Source: Eubacteriales bacterium
GTDB lineage: Bacteria > Bacillota > Clostridia > Oscillospirales > QAKW01
DNA length: 64,000 bases
Direction of reading: 5' to 3'
Assembly (NCBI GenBank): GCA_045603925.1
Contig: JAZUNB010000057.1
Location: 123 to 64,122, forward strand
Below, piece by piece: positions 1 to 7,810 of the stretch. The translations under genes and the position numbers were made by a program. Positions within the stretch are counted from its first letter, which is position 1. Each line of letters starts with the position of its first letter. The notes beneath the pieces were generated by a model. The model did no database searches and was not told the DNA's origin. It saw only the letters and a list, made by a program, of their open reading frames with translations.

Positions 1-2
1 CT

Positions 3-1244
3 ACCGACTATGAGCTGTATGCCAAGTGGGAACACGCAGGCGAGTTCTCCATCAGTTATACCAAGACCGCTTGGGAAAGCAGTAACAACACAAATGTTTC
101 CACCTATACCATCACCCGTACCATCCCCGATGGTGCCGTTGCAACTGCCGCAACCCAGAACGTCTATGTCCGTACGCAAAACGGCACCGCTTACGCTACG
201 ACGGTAGATACCGCAGGACAGGATAAGTACCACTTTATCCATAGCTATGCAGTTCTTTCCTTCGGCCCCAACGATGCGGATACCAAGACCTTCGTTGTTA
301 CCGAAAAGGATGCCTCTATTGCCAACGATCCGCCCGCAAGCTGGCAGATCGGCGGCACCGCACGTAAGTACACAGTTGAGATCTATAAGATCGAAAACAC
401 CGCAGGTGGACTGGCGGGTACTGTCGGTACAAAGAGTGTAACGAGAACGATGCCCGTTGCAACAAGCTATCAGTTGTCCAAGGACTTGTTCACCAGTACC
501 ATCAATTTGACAATGGAAGATGGTTCTGCTTCTGTAACCTTTAACACGAACTTTTACGAGGTTGTGTCAACTAATAAAGTCAGGCTTGCAACTGCATTTT
601 CAAGCGTGTTCAATAACTACTGCAATAATGTCGGAGGTATGACCTACGGTTATACTCTTTCAGCTAATGTTTCCTCGTTTGAGGATAAATGGTCTGGAAT
701 GGGATCGCTGCTGTTTAGTGATTTATATCAACCTGATAGCACAACTAAACCAGCTACAGAGACTGTGGGCGTTGTTACTTTCGATGAAAGAATTGTAACG
801 AGCAATATCGAGACGGGCATGGGAATTGGTGCTGTGAGGTGCAAAGCAACAGTTCAGGATCCGAAAATTACTGTCAGACGCGTTGACACCGCAAAGCCTA
901 CCGTAAAATCTGCCGCACCCATGGCCACCACCGCATACAAGAAGGGTGATGAGGCTTACATCTCTATCATTTACAACGAGCCGATTAACTCCATCAGCGG
1001 CACACCGACCTTGACCTTGTCAAGCAAGCTCAGTCCTTATTTCGAGAGTCCGACCTACGTCAATAACGGCACCGGCACCAACACTCTCGTGTTCAAGGTG
1101 AAGGCAAAGAAGGATATCTCGGCTGATGAGATTCAGAACGTGATCAACCTGTACCTTGCCTTCCCCGTAAGCGGTGTCGGCGGAGATTTCAGTTCTAACA
1201 TCGGTACTGTTTCCGCCACCGTTAAAGACATCCTCGGCAACTGA
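3..1244 (+). CDS. large secreted repeat protein, C-terminal part (5' end lies upstream of the window)
   Basis: Frame 3 is open from base 3 into the listed ORF 450..1244 (hand translation TDYELYAKWEHAGEFSISYTKT... has no stop), so the CDS enters from upstream. It has a Calx-beta-like segment NVYVRTQNGTAYATTVDTAGQDKYHFIHSYAVLSFGPNDADTKTFVV and an Ig-like C-terminal segment. There is no anchor motif at the C terminus. Confidence 0.7.
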   Translation, partial: TDYELYAKWEHAGEFSISYTKTAWESSNNTNVSTYTITRTIPDGAVATAATQNVYVRTQNGTAYATTVDTAGQDKYHFIHSYAVLSFGPNDADTKTFVVTEKDASIANDPPASWQIGGTARKYTVEIYKIENTAGGLAGTVGTKSVTRTMPVATSYQLSKDLFTSTINLTMEDGSASVTFNTNFYEVVSTNKVRLATAFSSVFNNYCNNVGGMTYGYTLSANVSSFEDKWSGMGSLLFSDLYQPDSTTKPATETVGVVTFDERIVTSNIETGMGIGAVRCKATVQDPKITVRRVDTAKPTVKSAAPMATTAYKKGDEAYISIIYNEPINSISGTPTLTLSSKLSPYFESPTYVNNGTGTNTLVFKVKAKKDISADEIQNVINLYLAFPVSGVGGDFSSNIGTVSATVKDILGN

Positions 1245-1277
1245 TCGCAACCCCAAAATAACGCACAAAACCCAATG

Positions 1278-1306
1278 GAAGCGCCATAGGTTCTCTATGG
1301 CGCTTC
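1278..1306 (+). terminator. stem-loop after the large-protein gene
   Basis: GAAGCGCCATAG-gttct-CTATGGCGCTTC forms a 12 bp perfect stem, but only a weak T/C tract follows. Confidence 0.45.
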
Positions 1307-1328
1307 TCTCAAAAAACGGAGTGAAACT

Positions 1329-2135
1329 ATGAAAAAGCGACTATTTCGCATCCTTTGTATCGTGCTGTGCCTTGCCACACTCGGCGGCATTATAGCTATG
1401 GTGGAATATATCACACGGGATCCTATCATCATCGCTATTATTGATACGGGGATCTCGAGAGACGCCATCGACAGCGATCATATTTTAGAGGGCAAGAACT
1501 ATCTTGACCCGTCCCTTTCCACCGAGGATACCTACGGTCACGGAACGGCGGTAGCGTCGGTCATATTAAAAGAGCTTCCGCAGGCGCAGTTTGTCCCTTT
1601 GGTGAGCAATGCCTACAATAAGGGCAGAATTGAGCAGGTGGATAACGACGTATTCGCAGGGATCATACGGGATGCGGTGGACGTTTATCATTGCCAAATT
1701 ATCAATTTAAGCGTGGGGCTGATTCTTGATAAACCGTCTATTCGTGAGGCGGTTGCCTATGCAGAGGAAAAAGGTGTTTTGGTGGTTGCCTCCGCAGGAA
1801 ACGATTACGCCACCGACGGCGAGATCACCTATTATCCCGCCGCCTACGAAACCGTCCTTTCCGTAGGCTCGGTAAACAAAAAGAAAAATGAGATCTCCGA
1901 TTTCTCTCAGCGTGGCGATTGGGTGGATATTTACGCCCGTGGCGAAGAAATCACCATCAAAACGTTAAGCGGCGACAAACGGGAGAGCGAGGGCACGTCC
2001 TATTCCGCCGCCCTCGTCACCGCCCGCGCCGCCCGCCTTTTGCAAAAGAACAAAAACCTAACTCCCGCACAGCTTCGAGAAAAACTGCTGAACAAAGCCA
2101 AACAACGCGACAGCGGAATATTGGTACTAAATTGA
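1329..2135 (+). CDS. membrane-tethered S8 (subtilisin-like) serine peptidase
   Basis: Subtilase motifs occur in order: IIAIIDTGIS (Asp), YGHGTAVAS (His), ASAGND (oxyanion Asn), GTSYSAALVTARAA (Ser). There is one N-terminal hydrophobic helix ILCIVLCLATLGGIIAMV. GGAG lies 8 nt before the ATG. Confidence 0.85.
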   Translation: MKKRLFRILCIVLCLATLGGIIAMVEYITRDPIIIAIIDTGISRDAIDSDHILEGKNYLDPSLSTEDTYGHGTAVASVILKELPQAQFVPLVSNAYNKGRIEQVDNDVFAGIIRDAVDVYHCQIINLSVGLILDKPSIREAVAYAEEKGVLVVASAGNDYATDGEITYYPAAYETVLSVGSVNKKKNEISDFSQRGDWVDIYARGEEITIKTLSGDKRESEGTSYSAALVTARAARLLQKNKNLTPAQLREKLLNKAKQRDSGILVLN

Positions 2136-2170
2136 ATTTCTGAATTTATAAATCAAATTTAATTGACCAC

Positions 2171-2207
2171 ACAAATAGCAGTAGGCATAAGGCTTGCTGC
2201 TATTTGT
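2171..2207 (+). terminator. intrinsic terminator of the S8 peptidase gene
   Basis: ACAAATAGCAG...CTGCTATTTGT stem-loop followed by a T-rich tract. Confidence 0.6.
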
Positions 2208-2239
2208 ATTTAAGGACAGAAGAGTGTTGGTCCTATATT

Positions 2240-2371
2240 GACACACTCGTGTCCGGCAGCCCCATCCTCCAAAACGGCAAGCTGACCGGCGCGATGACCC
2301 ATGTGCTCATCAAGGATCCCACAAAAGGCTACGGCATTTTTATTGAGAATATGCTCTCCGCGGCAGAATAA
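2240..2371 (+). pseudogene. spoIVB: 3' remnant of the sporulation peptidase gene spoIVB (last ~40 codons only)
   Basis: The in-frame translation [43 protein letters not shown]-stop matches the recalled B. subtilis SpoIVB C terminus [41 protein letters not shown]. There is no start codon and no PDZ or His region. Upstream is the terminator of the previous gene. Confidence 0.7.
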
Positions 2372-2397
2372 AAAAGCAGGTCTTATGACCTGCTTTT
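2372..2397. terminator. bidirectional intrinsic terminator
   Basis: AAAAGCAGGTC-ttat-GACCTGCTTTT with A and T runs on both sides. It lies between the spoIVB remnant and the convergent doc gene. Confidence 0.7.
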
Positions 2398-2401
2398 ATT
2401 A

Positions 2402-2773
2402 TCAATTTTCTCGGATCCATTCTAAAAGATCCTCATAACTCATTGTCCCCGCGGCAACTGCAAGCCCGACGCGGGCCACCTCCTCTTCGGAGGGCTCGAT
2501 CCGAACACCGTTGATTTCCAAAAAGGTCAGCAATACATACATTCCGATCCGCTTATTGCCATCCACAAATGCGTGATTTGAGATCAGGGAATACCCTAAT
2601 TTTGCACCCTTTTCCTCTTTGGTGGGATACAATTCCGCTCCGCCGAAAGTGGCAAAAGCGGATTCCAATGCGCTTTCTAAAAGATCAATGTCCCGAATAT
2701 TGGGATCTCCACCGGTTTCAGCGGTAATCAACCGGTGCAGCAAAAGCACCTTTTCTTTGCTGAATTTGATCAT
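2402..2773 (-). CDS. doc: Doc (Fic-family) toxin
   Basis: Fic/Doc motif HAFVDGNKRIG; 123 aa; 4-nt overlap with the upstream antitoxin gene. Confidence 0.85.
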   Translation of the reverse strand: MIKFSKEKVLLLHRLITAETGGDPNIRDIDLLESALESAFATFGGAELYPTKEEKGAKLGYSLISNHAFVDGNKRIGMYVLLTFLEINGVRIEPSEEEVARVGLAVAAGTMSYEDLLEWIREN

Positions 2774-3012
2774 TTTGCCAACTCCTCAAAAGCACCGCGG
2801 TATTTTTTCAAGATCCGCGCCGCCACAAAATCGATCTTTTCCTCCTCAGTCATCACAATAGTGGTATCCTGCTCCAGATCCACCAGCTTATACTTGGGCT
2901 TATTATTTTTAAAGATATAAAGTTCCCCACTCTTTTCCACCATACGGGCAACCTTGGAAAAATTCTGATTGGCTTCCGAAATCGATACGATCTGATTGCT
3001 GTCGATTTTCAT
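2770..3012 (-). CDS. phd: Phd/YefM-type antitoxin
   Basis: 80 aa counted from the ATG at 3012, which is preceded by AAGGAAGG. The N terminus MKIDSNQIVSISEANQNFSKVARMVEKSGELYIFKNNKPKYKLVDLE is typical of Phd/YefM. The upstream ATG at 3036 overlaps the predicted -10 box, so I reject it. Confidence 0.8.
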   Translation of the reverse strand: MKIDSNQIVSISEANQNFSKVARMVEKSGELYIFKNNKPKYKLVDLEQDTTIVMTEEEKIDFVAARILKKYRGAFEELAK

Positions 3013-3035
3013 AAAAAGCACCTTCCTTTCACCCA

Positions 3036-3073
3036 TAGTATATACAAATTTTAGGATATTGTCAACCTAAAAT
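3036..3073 (-). promoter_or_regulatory. phd-doc promoter with an operator-like inverted repeat
   Basis: The minus strand reads TTGACA (3059-3064), a 17 nt spacer, then TATACT (3036-3041). The inverted repeat AATTTTAGG (3046-3054) / CCTAAAATT (3065-3073) brackets the -35. Confidence 0.6.
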
Positions 3074-3096
3074 TATTGGTAAAATATTCAAACAAT

Positions 3097-3131
3097 AAAA
3101 TCCGAGCGGGTCATTTGACCCGCTCGGATTT
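3097..3131. terminator. bidirectional terminator, copy 1 of a repeated hairpin
   Basis: TCCGAGCGGGTC-attt-GACCCGCTCGGA flanked by A and T runs. It is about 85% identical over ~40 nt to the hairpin at 3713-3749. Confidence 0.7.
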
Positions 3132-3344
3132 TTAAAATATATTATCATCGGGGATGTGTTCCATAATATCCTCGACCCGACATTGCAAAATATTGCAAAG
3201 CTTATCAATGGTATTGACTTCCACATTTTTATTCTTGCGAAGGCGATCCAATTGGGAGCGGTTAACATTATGATGGGTATACAGATCATATTGCGAGATC
3301 CCGCGTTTTTTCATCGTTTCCCATAAACGGTCATATTTGATCAT
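3132..3344 (-). CDS. small XRE/Cro-CI family HTH regulator
   Basis: 70 aa counted from the ATG at 3344, preceded by AAGGAGGA. The HTH segment is ISQYDLYTHHNVNRSQLDRLRKNKNVEVNTIDKLCNIL. Confidence 0.8.
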   Translation of the reverse strand: MIKYDRLWETMKKRGISQYDLYTHHNVNRSQLDRLRKNKNVEVNTIDKLCNILQCRVEDIMEHIPDDNIF

Positions 3345-3448
3345 CCGCTCTATCCTCCTTGAAAATGTCCTTGACTTTCTTTCATTATCGCTATAAAATG
3401 AAGAAAATAATAGTGTTCGTATAATGACACTTTCAATGAGGTGCATCA

Positions 3449-3712
3449 ATGTGTTTTGAAGAATATGTATACAATAGCCTGCTGGGAAATCTTCAAGTTC
3501 CCCATTCCGAAGTTAACAGCTTATTTGAAGAAGGAATGCCTTGTGAAAAATGGTATGCCGAGATGCTTGAAGCATATTCGCGGCTTTGCAAGCGGTTGGG
3601 ATCTGCGAACGAAGATGATGATGTCGAAACCATTATCTCTATGCTTTGGCGCATACAACGAGAAATCAGCCTTCATATGTATCGATATGGTGTAAAATTC
3701 AATAAAGAATAA
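3449..3712 (+). CDS. hypothetical 87-aa protein divergent from the XRE gene
   Basis: GAGGTG lies 6 nt before the ATG, a TATAAT box sits at 3419-3424, and a terminator follows directly. I recognise no family. Confidence 0.6.
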   Translation: MCFEEYVYNSLLGNLQVPHSEVNSLFEEGMPCEKWYAEMLEAYSRLCKRLGSANEDDDVETIISMLWRIQREISLHMYRYGVKFNKE

Positions 3713-3749
3713 AACCCGAGCGGGTCTAATGACCCGCTCGAGTTTGTTT
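3713..3749. terminator. bidirectional terminator, copy 2 of the repeated hairpin
   Basis: CGAGCGGGTC-taat-GACCCGCTCG with flanking A and T runs, in the same orientation as copy 1. Confidence 0.7.
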
Positions 3750-5342
3750 TTATAATTGGTCCGCGGCTTCTAAGATCCGAAGGTGATTTTCTTCAAAGAC
3801 CGCCAGATCGGTGGTATAATCATCGAAGGCGCGCATGACATTGGTGCAAAGGGCATCGGCCTTAGCTTTATCCTTTTTAGCGATAGCGAGGAGCAATTCG
3901 CAGTCCTCCAAGCCTGCCCGCATCTGCTCGGCGCGGATGCTGAGCCAGGGGCCGTTGCCGTTGCCCGGATAGGAAATATGGCTATCGCCGGTGGGCCAGA
4001 GGCGAACCCCGTCATCGGAGATGGCGCAGGTATGCTGCCGCAGATGATCCATATTTCCCTGAAAGGAGGCAAAACCCCAATGCAAAAAGCCCTTCAGGTC
4101 AAAGAGATAATTACCATAATGCAAAAGGCGGGAGCGGATCAACTCAAAATCCAAAAAGCGGTTGAGCCATTTGCCGCCGGGATGGCAGCAGGTATAATGC
4201 CAAAGTTCATCTCCAAGAGCGCGGAAGGTCTCAAATCTTTCCCGCTTTCGTTGATAATCACGGGTGGGAATGACCCAGCAATCTACACTGCCGCCAAGTT
4301 CTGTATGACAAACGGCATCCATCAAACGCATCCCCGGCATAAACTTACGCACCATCCCGCTGATGATACGGTAATCCTCAGTCTGCTCCTCGTAGGGCTC
4401 ATCCCCCACGTGCTGAACAGCCCCATCATACCAACCGTTTTTCTTCAAAAAAGCCGTCCATTGGGGTAAGAATTGAGCCAGAAAATTATAGCCTTCAGGG
4501 CTGTCGGCATAGACCTTGCGTCCTTCGGGACGGTAGAACAGCCAATATTTTCCGATTCTTACATAATTTTTCTGCGTCAGATGCCCGAATTCTAAATGCT
4601 CAAAGCCGCAATCCAGCGCAAAACGGATCATCTTTTCCATAAAGGAAAAATCAAAGGTATACTTCCCGCCCTTTTCGAAAATCTTAATGGCATCCATCCG
4701 CAGAATAATATGGGTCTGGCGGGTACGGGCCATCAAGGTGTAATATTTTTTCAGTTCCGCCAGCCATTCATCGGTATATAGTTCGAGCCCCTGATCCTTC
4801 CCTACATTTTCCGGATGATACCAATTGCTGACCGAAATATTCTTTTTCTCCGGCACCACTGCTTTATGGACAGTGATCCGAACGGGAACCGTTGCCTCTT
4901 CCTCGCCGATCTTCAATGCCAGAGATCCGGTTTCGATGCCGACCTTAGCATCCACCGGAATCTTCCAGCAAACGTAAAAGGCGCTGACCTCTTTTTCCAC
5001 TACATCACCGCCATCGTCCATTGGTTGCAGAATATCAAAGATAGGGAAAGGTGCCTTGCGGGTGGAATACTCCGGCTTAGGCTGATCCAATTCCAGCACC
5101 CGCCAAATCTCATCGTTGGAATTACGCTCGGCACATACATCCAAAAGGCGATAACATTCCAAATTCAGCGTACCCTCATAGGAAACGGTGATCTTCTCCC
5201 CCGCCTTGGTGCCCTGCACCAGGATCTGGGCCGCGGCAAAACTGCCGCGAGGGGTATGGACATCGATCCGATCCGATGCCGAAGGATAATCAACCACATC
5301 GGGATACAGCCATTCATTGGCGCTCACAACCATCGACTTCAT
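3750..5342 (-). CDS. DUF4091-like (glycoside-hydrolase-like) protein
   Basis: 530-aa cytoplasmic ORF with N terminus SANEWLYPDVVDYP, which I recall as typical of DUF4091 proteins. The family assignment is from memory only. Confidence 0.55.
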   Translation of the reverse strand: MKSMVVSANEWLYPDVVDYPSASDRIDVHTPRGSFAAAQILVQGTKAGEKITVSYEGTLNLECYRLLDVCAERNSNDEIWRVLELDQPKPEYSTRKAPFPIFDILQPMDDGGDVVEKEVSAFYVCWKIPVDAKVGIETGSLALKIGEEEATVPVRITVHKAVVPEKKNISVSNWYHPENVGKDQGLELYTDEWLAELKKYYTLMARTRQTHIILRMDAIKIFEKGGKYTFDFSFMEKMIRFALDCGFEHLEFGHLTQKNYVRIGKYWLFYRPEGRKVYADSPEGYNFLAQFLPQWTAFLKKNGWYDGAVQHVGDEPYEEQTEDYRIISGMVRKFMPGMRLMDAVCHTELGGSVDCWVIPTRDYQRKRERFETFRALGDELWHYTCCHPGGKWLNRFLDFELIRSRLLHYGNYLFDLKGFLHWGFASFQGNMDHLRQHTCAISDDGVRLWPTGDSHISYPGNGNGPWLSIRAEQMRAGLEDCELLLAIAKKDKAKADALCTNVMRAFDDYTTDLAVFEENHLRILEAADQL

Positions 5343-5446
5343 ATAACAGAACCCTCCTGCCTTTGTCCTTTTTCCTCATTTTAGAAAAAAGAGGCGATGA
5401 TGTCAATGCTGTATCTTATGATTTTATTGCGATTTCTTCGCTTTTC

Positions 5447-5475
5447 TTGACTTTGGCGCTATTCTTTCGTATAAT
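5447..5475 (+). promoter_or_regulatory. sigma-A type promoter of the acetyltransferase gene
   Basis: TTGACT (5447-5452), a 17 nt spacer, then TATAAT (5470-5475). Confidence 0.6.
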
Positions 5476-5506
5476 AAATTTATCAAGCAGTCAAAGGAGA
5501 ACACCG

Positions 5507-6043
5507 ATGTTTTCATTGATTAAAAAAATCAAGCGCAAATTAAGAGGCGGCTACTTAACCATTGATGAATGGCGCGCCATGGGCGTAAAAATCGGCGAGA
5601 ATTGCCATATTCATACCAACGATCTGGACTTTGGCCATCCCTTTCTGATTGAGATCGGGAATAATGTTACCATCAGCCATGCCCGTATTTTGACCCACGA
5701 CGGTTCCACTGTCCCCGCAGTGGGGCATAGTAAATGCGGAAAGGTCATTCTTTGCGACAATGTGTTCATCGGAACCAATGCGATCATTATGCCTAATGTT
5801 CGGATCGGGGAAAACTCCATTGTTGGCGCAGGCGCGGTGGTAACAAAGGATGTTCCCGCCAATGTTGTGGTTGCGGGAAACCCTGCCAAAATCATCTGCA
5901 CCTATGAAGAATTCAAAGCAAAAAATGAGAAGCTGATGCAGGAGGTTCCGGTCTTTAAGGTTTACCATGCCAATAAAACCGATGCAGACCGTCAGGCTAT
6001 GATCGACGCCTTAAAAGACGGCGGTTATGTTTTTGATGTATAA
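5507..6043 (+). CDS. hexapeptide-repeat (LbH) acyl/acetyltransferase
   Basis: Start chosen at the ATG at 5507, preceded by AAAGGAGA. Left-handed beta-helix repeats are visible: IGNNVTISHARI, LCDNVFIGTNAIIMPNVRIGENSIVGAGAVV, VVAGNPAKI. Confidence 0.8.
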   Translation: MFSLIKKIKRKLRGGYLTIDEWRAMGVKIGENCHIHTNDLDFGHPFLIEIGNNVTISHARILTHDGSTVPAVGHSKCGKVILCDNVFIGTNAIIMPNVRIGENSIVGAGAVVTKDVPANVVVAGNPAKIICTYEEFKAKNEKLMQEVPVFKVYHANKTDADRQAMIDALKDGGYVFDV

Positions 6044-6045
6044 CG

Positions 6046-6084
6046 AAGAGGCTGGAAAAAATCATCGATTTTTTACAGCCTCTT
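6046..6084. terminator. long bidirectional hairpin between convergent genes
   Basis: AAGAGGCTG-gAAAAAATCatcGATTTTTTa-CAGCCTCTT. A near-copy lies at 48601-48644. Confidence 0.6.
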
Positions 6085-6087
6085 TCC

Positions 6088-7218
6088 TTATTTCAACCAT
6101 TCCTCCGGCACCGCTTCGGCCATGGCGCGGTAGCCTGCGGCGCTGAGATGGAGATGATCGCCGCTATCGTATTCCGGCCGCAGGGCGGCAGGATTTTCGG
6201 GATCGCAGACCGCCTTCTCGAAATCCACAAATCCATCGATCAGATCGGTGGTGCGGATCCATTGATTATAGGCCTTGCGCAGTTCATCCCGAAAAGGTGC
6301 ATAAGTACGCCATCCCTCGATGGGCAGCAGCGTTCCCACATAAACCTTATAGCCAAAGGAGCGGGCCTGGCGGATATACCGTTTCAAACCCTCGATCAGC
6401 TCCTCGGCGGTGGGCAGATCGGTCATGGGGCGAAAGGGGTTGACCTCCGCGCCCACCGGATGGATCAGATCATTGATGCCATGCTGGATCAATACCCCAT
6501 CGGCACCGTCGGTGGGTACCTCGCGGGGAAAGCGGCGCTCCCCTTTGGGGCCATAGGATTCATAGGTCAGGCAATTATATTCCCTTAAGATCCGCGAACC
6601 GCTGATGGCGCGGCGGATCACCGTCCGCGAATACCCCTCCTTGCGGCAGCGCAGGTTCAGTTCCTCGGGCCAATTCTGGGCGGTAATGGAATCCCCGTAG
6701 CAGACCAGGGTGCGGTTGCTCTCATGGGTATAGACCGATACATTGCTCAAAAAATAGAAATTCTGCGTTTCGCGGGAGATGGCCAAGGGAATCTCTTTTT
6801 CCTCTGTCTGATCCCCCAAGGCATAGCTGCCCTTGGATAAAGGACCGTGGGTCACCACCGCCGCGCGCATCTGGGTATGATCCCCCAGATAAAAGCGCAC
6901 CTCCAGAGTGCTCTCCGCCTCCACTTTGCAAGAGAGCGCATCGGAAACCGCCCGCTCCCCTGCAGGAACGGTAACCGCCGCGGCGCCCCCGAAGGTCACC
7001 CCATAAAAGACGCCTGCCACGCAAACAGTGGTCTTGGTGATGGTAATGGGCTCGGTGCCGCAAAAATTATCATAGGTCAGCCTTAAGGCATCGCCCCCAA
7101 AGGCGGAATAGATGGGATAGCAGAGGGTAATATTTTTTCCGTAGCCCTCCGGTCGGTTCTCGGCAACAGACGCCGCATTGCCCCAAACGGAAGCCCAATG
7201 CATATTGTTTTGATTCAT
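6088..7218 (-). CDS. SGNH/GDSL-family hydrolase (esterase) with an N-terminal beta-rich domain
   Basis: Block I is VCYGDSIT and block V is DHLHLS. Start chosen at the ATG at 7218, preceded by GGAGG. Confidence 0.8.
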   Translation of the reverse strand: MNQNNMHWASVWGNAASVAENRPEGYGKNITLCYPIYSAFGGDALRLTYDNFCGTEPITITKTTVCVAGVFYGVTFGGAAAVTVPAGERAVSDALSCKVEAESTLEVRFYLGDHTQMRAAVVTHGPLSKGSYALGDQTEEKEIPLAISRETQNFYFLSNVSVYTHESNRTLVCYGDSITAQNWPEELNLRCRKEGYSRTVIRRAISGSRILREYNCLTYESYGPKGERRFPREVPTDGADGVLIQHGINDLIHPVGAEVNPFRPMTDLPTAEELIEGLKRYIRQARSFGYKVYVGTLLPIEGWRTYAPFRDELRKAYNQWIRTTDLIDGFVDFEKAVCDPENPAALRPEYDSGDHLHLSAAGYRAMAEAVPEEWLK

Positions 7219-7278
7219 TGAAATAACCTCCAAACAGAATATCTTTATTATACGATAAATGCGCAAAAAGTCCAGCCC

Positions 7279-7307
7279 TTGACAGCAAAAAACAGATGAA
7301 TTATAAT
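7279..7307 (+). promoter_or_regulatory. orphan consensus promoter
   Basis: TTGACA (7279-7284), a 17 nt spacer, then TATAAT (7302-7307). It is followed by AAGGAGG and ATG, and then by the terminator at 7345-7376. No credible downstream gene exists. Confidence 0.5.
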
Positions 7308-7344
7308 GCTGAAAAAGGAGGCGGAAAGCTTGTCAATGAAGCCT

Positions 7345-7376
7345 AAAAAAACGCGTGCTGATGCACGCGTTTTTTT
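7345..7376. terminator. bidirectional intrinsic terminator
   Basis: A6-ACGCGTGC-tgat-GCACGCGT-T6. Confidence 0.75.
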
Positions 7377-7716
7377 AAACAATATGAGAGATCAAGCGAT
7401 ACAATACATCCCAAAGAAGATAGAAGGGATAAAAGACCGCCAGAAGAACAGCAAAATCCAGCAAAAACTTCTTGATGGAAAAGCGCTTATGCTGATCGAT
7501 GATATAGAACAAAAACAGCATCACGCAGGCAAACAGGCACAGCCAGCCCACGATCACACTGGCCCGATAGTCGATGGGGCTCAGCGAGGTCTCCCCATTG
7601 GCTACCAACTGATACCAGGTTACAATGCAAAACAACCCTGCGGCGCCGAAGCCCGAGAGAATGACCGATAATAATGTTGCTTTATTCAAAAACAAGGCCT
7701 TGATCTTATCCTTCAT
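7375..7716 (-). CDS. small membrane protein (about 3 TM helices), function unknown
   Basis: 113 aa counted from the ATG at 7716, preceded by GGATGGAGG. Hydrophobic segments include LLSVILSGFGAAGLFCIVTWY and VIVGWLCLFACVMLFLFYII. Confidence 0.65.
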   Translation of the reverse strand: MKDKIKALFLNKATLLSVILSGFGAAGLFCIVTWYQLVANGETSLSPIDYRASVIVGWLCLFACVMLFLFYIIDQHKRFSIKKFLLDFAVLLAVFYPFYLLWDVLYRLISHIV

Positions 7717-7747
7717 AAGAACCTCCATCCTTTTAATAACTCTATTA

Positions 7748-7791
7748 TAGCAAATATTTTCCTTGCGGTCAATAATTACATTTGCTATAAT
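7748..7791 (+). promoter_or_regulatory. promoter of the WYL regulator gene, bracketed by an inverted repeat
   Basis: TTGCGG (7763-7768), a 17 nt spacer, then TATAAT (7786-7791). The inverted repeat is TAGCAAAT (7748-7755) / ATTTGCTA (7780-7787). Confidence 0.55.
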
Positions 7792-7810
7792 GAAACCGAG
7801 GTGATAAAAA

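Noticed and set aside
10-441. Listed ORFs 10-207 and 247-441 at the left edge.
   Set aside because: They are in frame 1, inside a region where frame 3 is continuously open and joins the 450-1244 ORF. They are P/S/R-rich off-frame translations.
1-3750. The left mosaic as a prophage or integrative element.
   Set aside because: No integrase, recombinase, transfer or phage structural genes and no att-like repeats are visible. I can only support calling it an accessory mosaic with a toxin-antitoxin pair and an XRE cassette.
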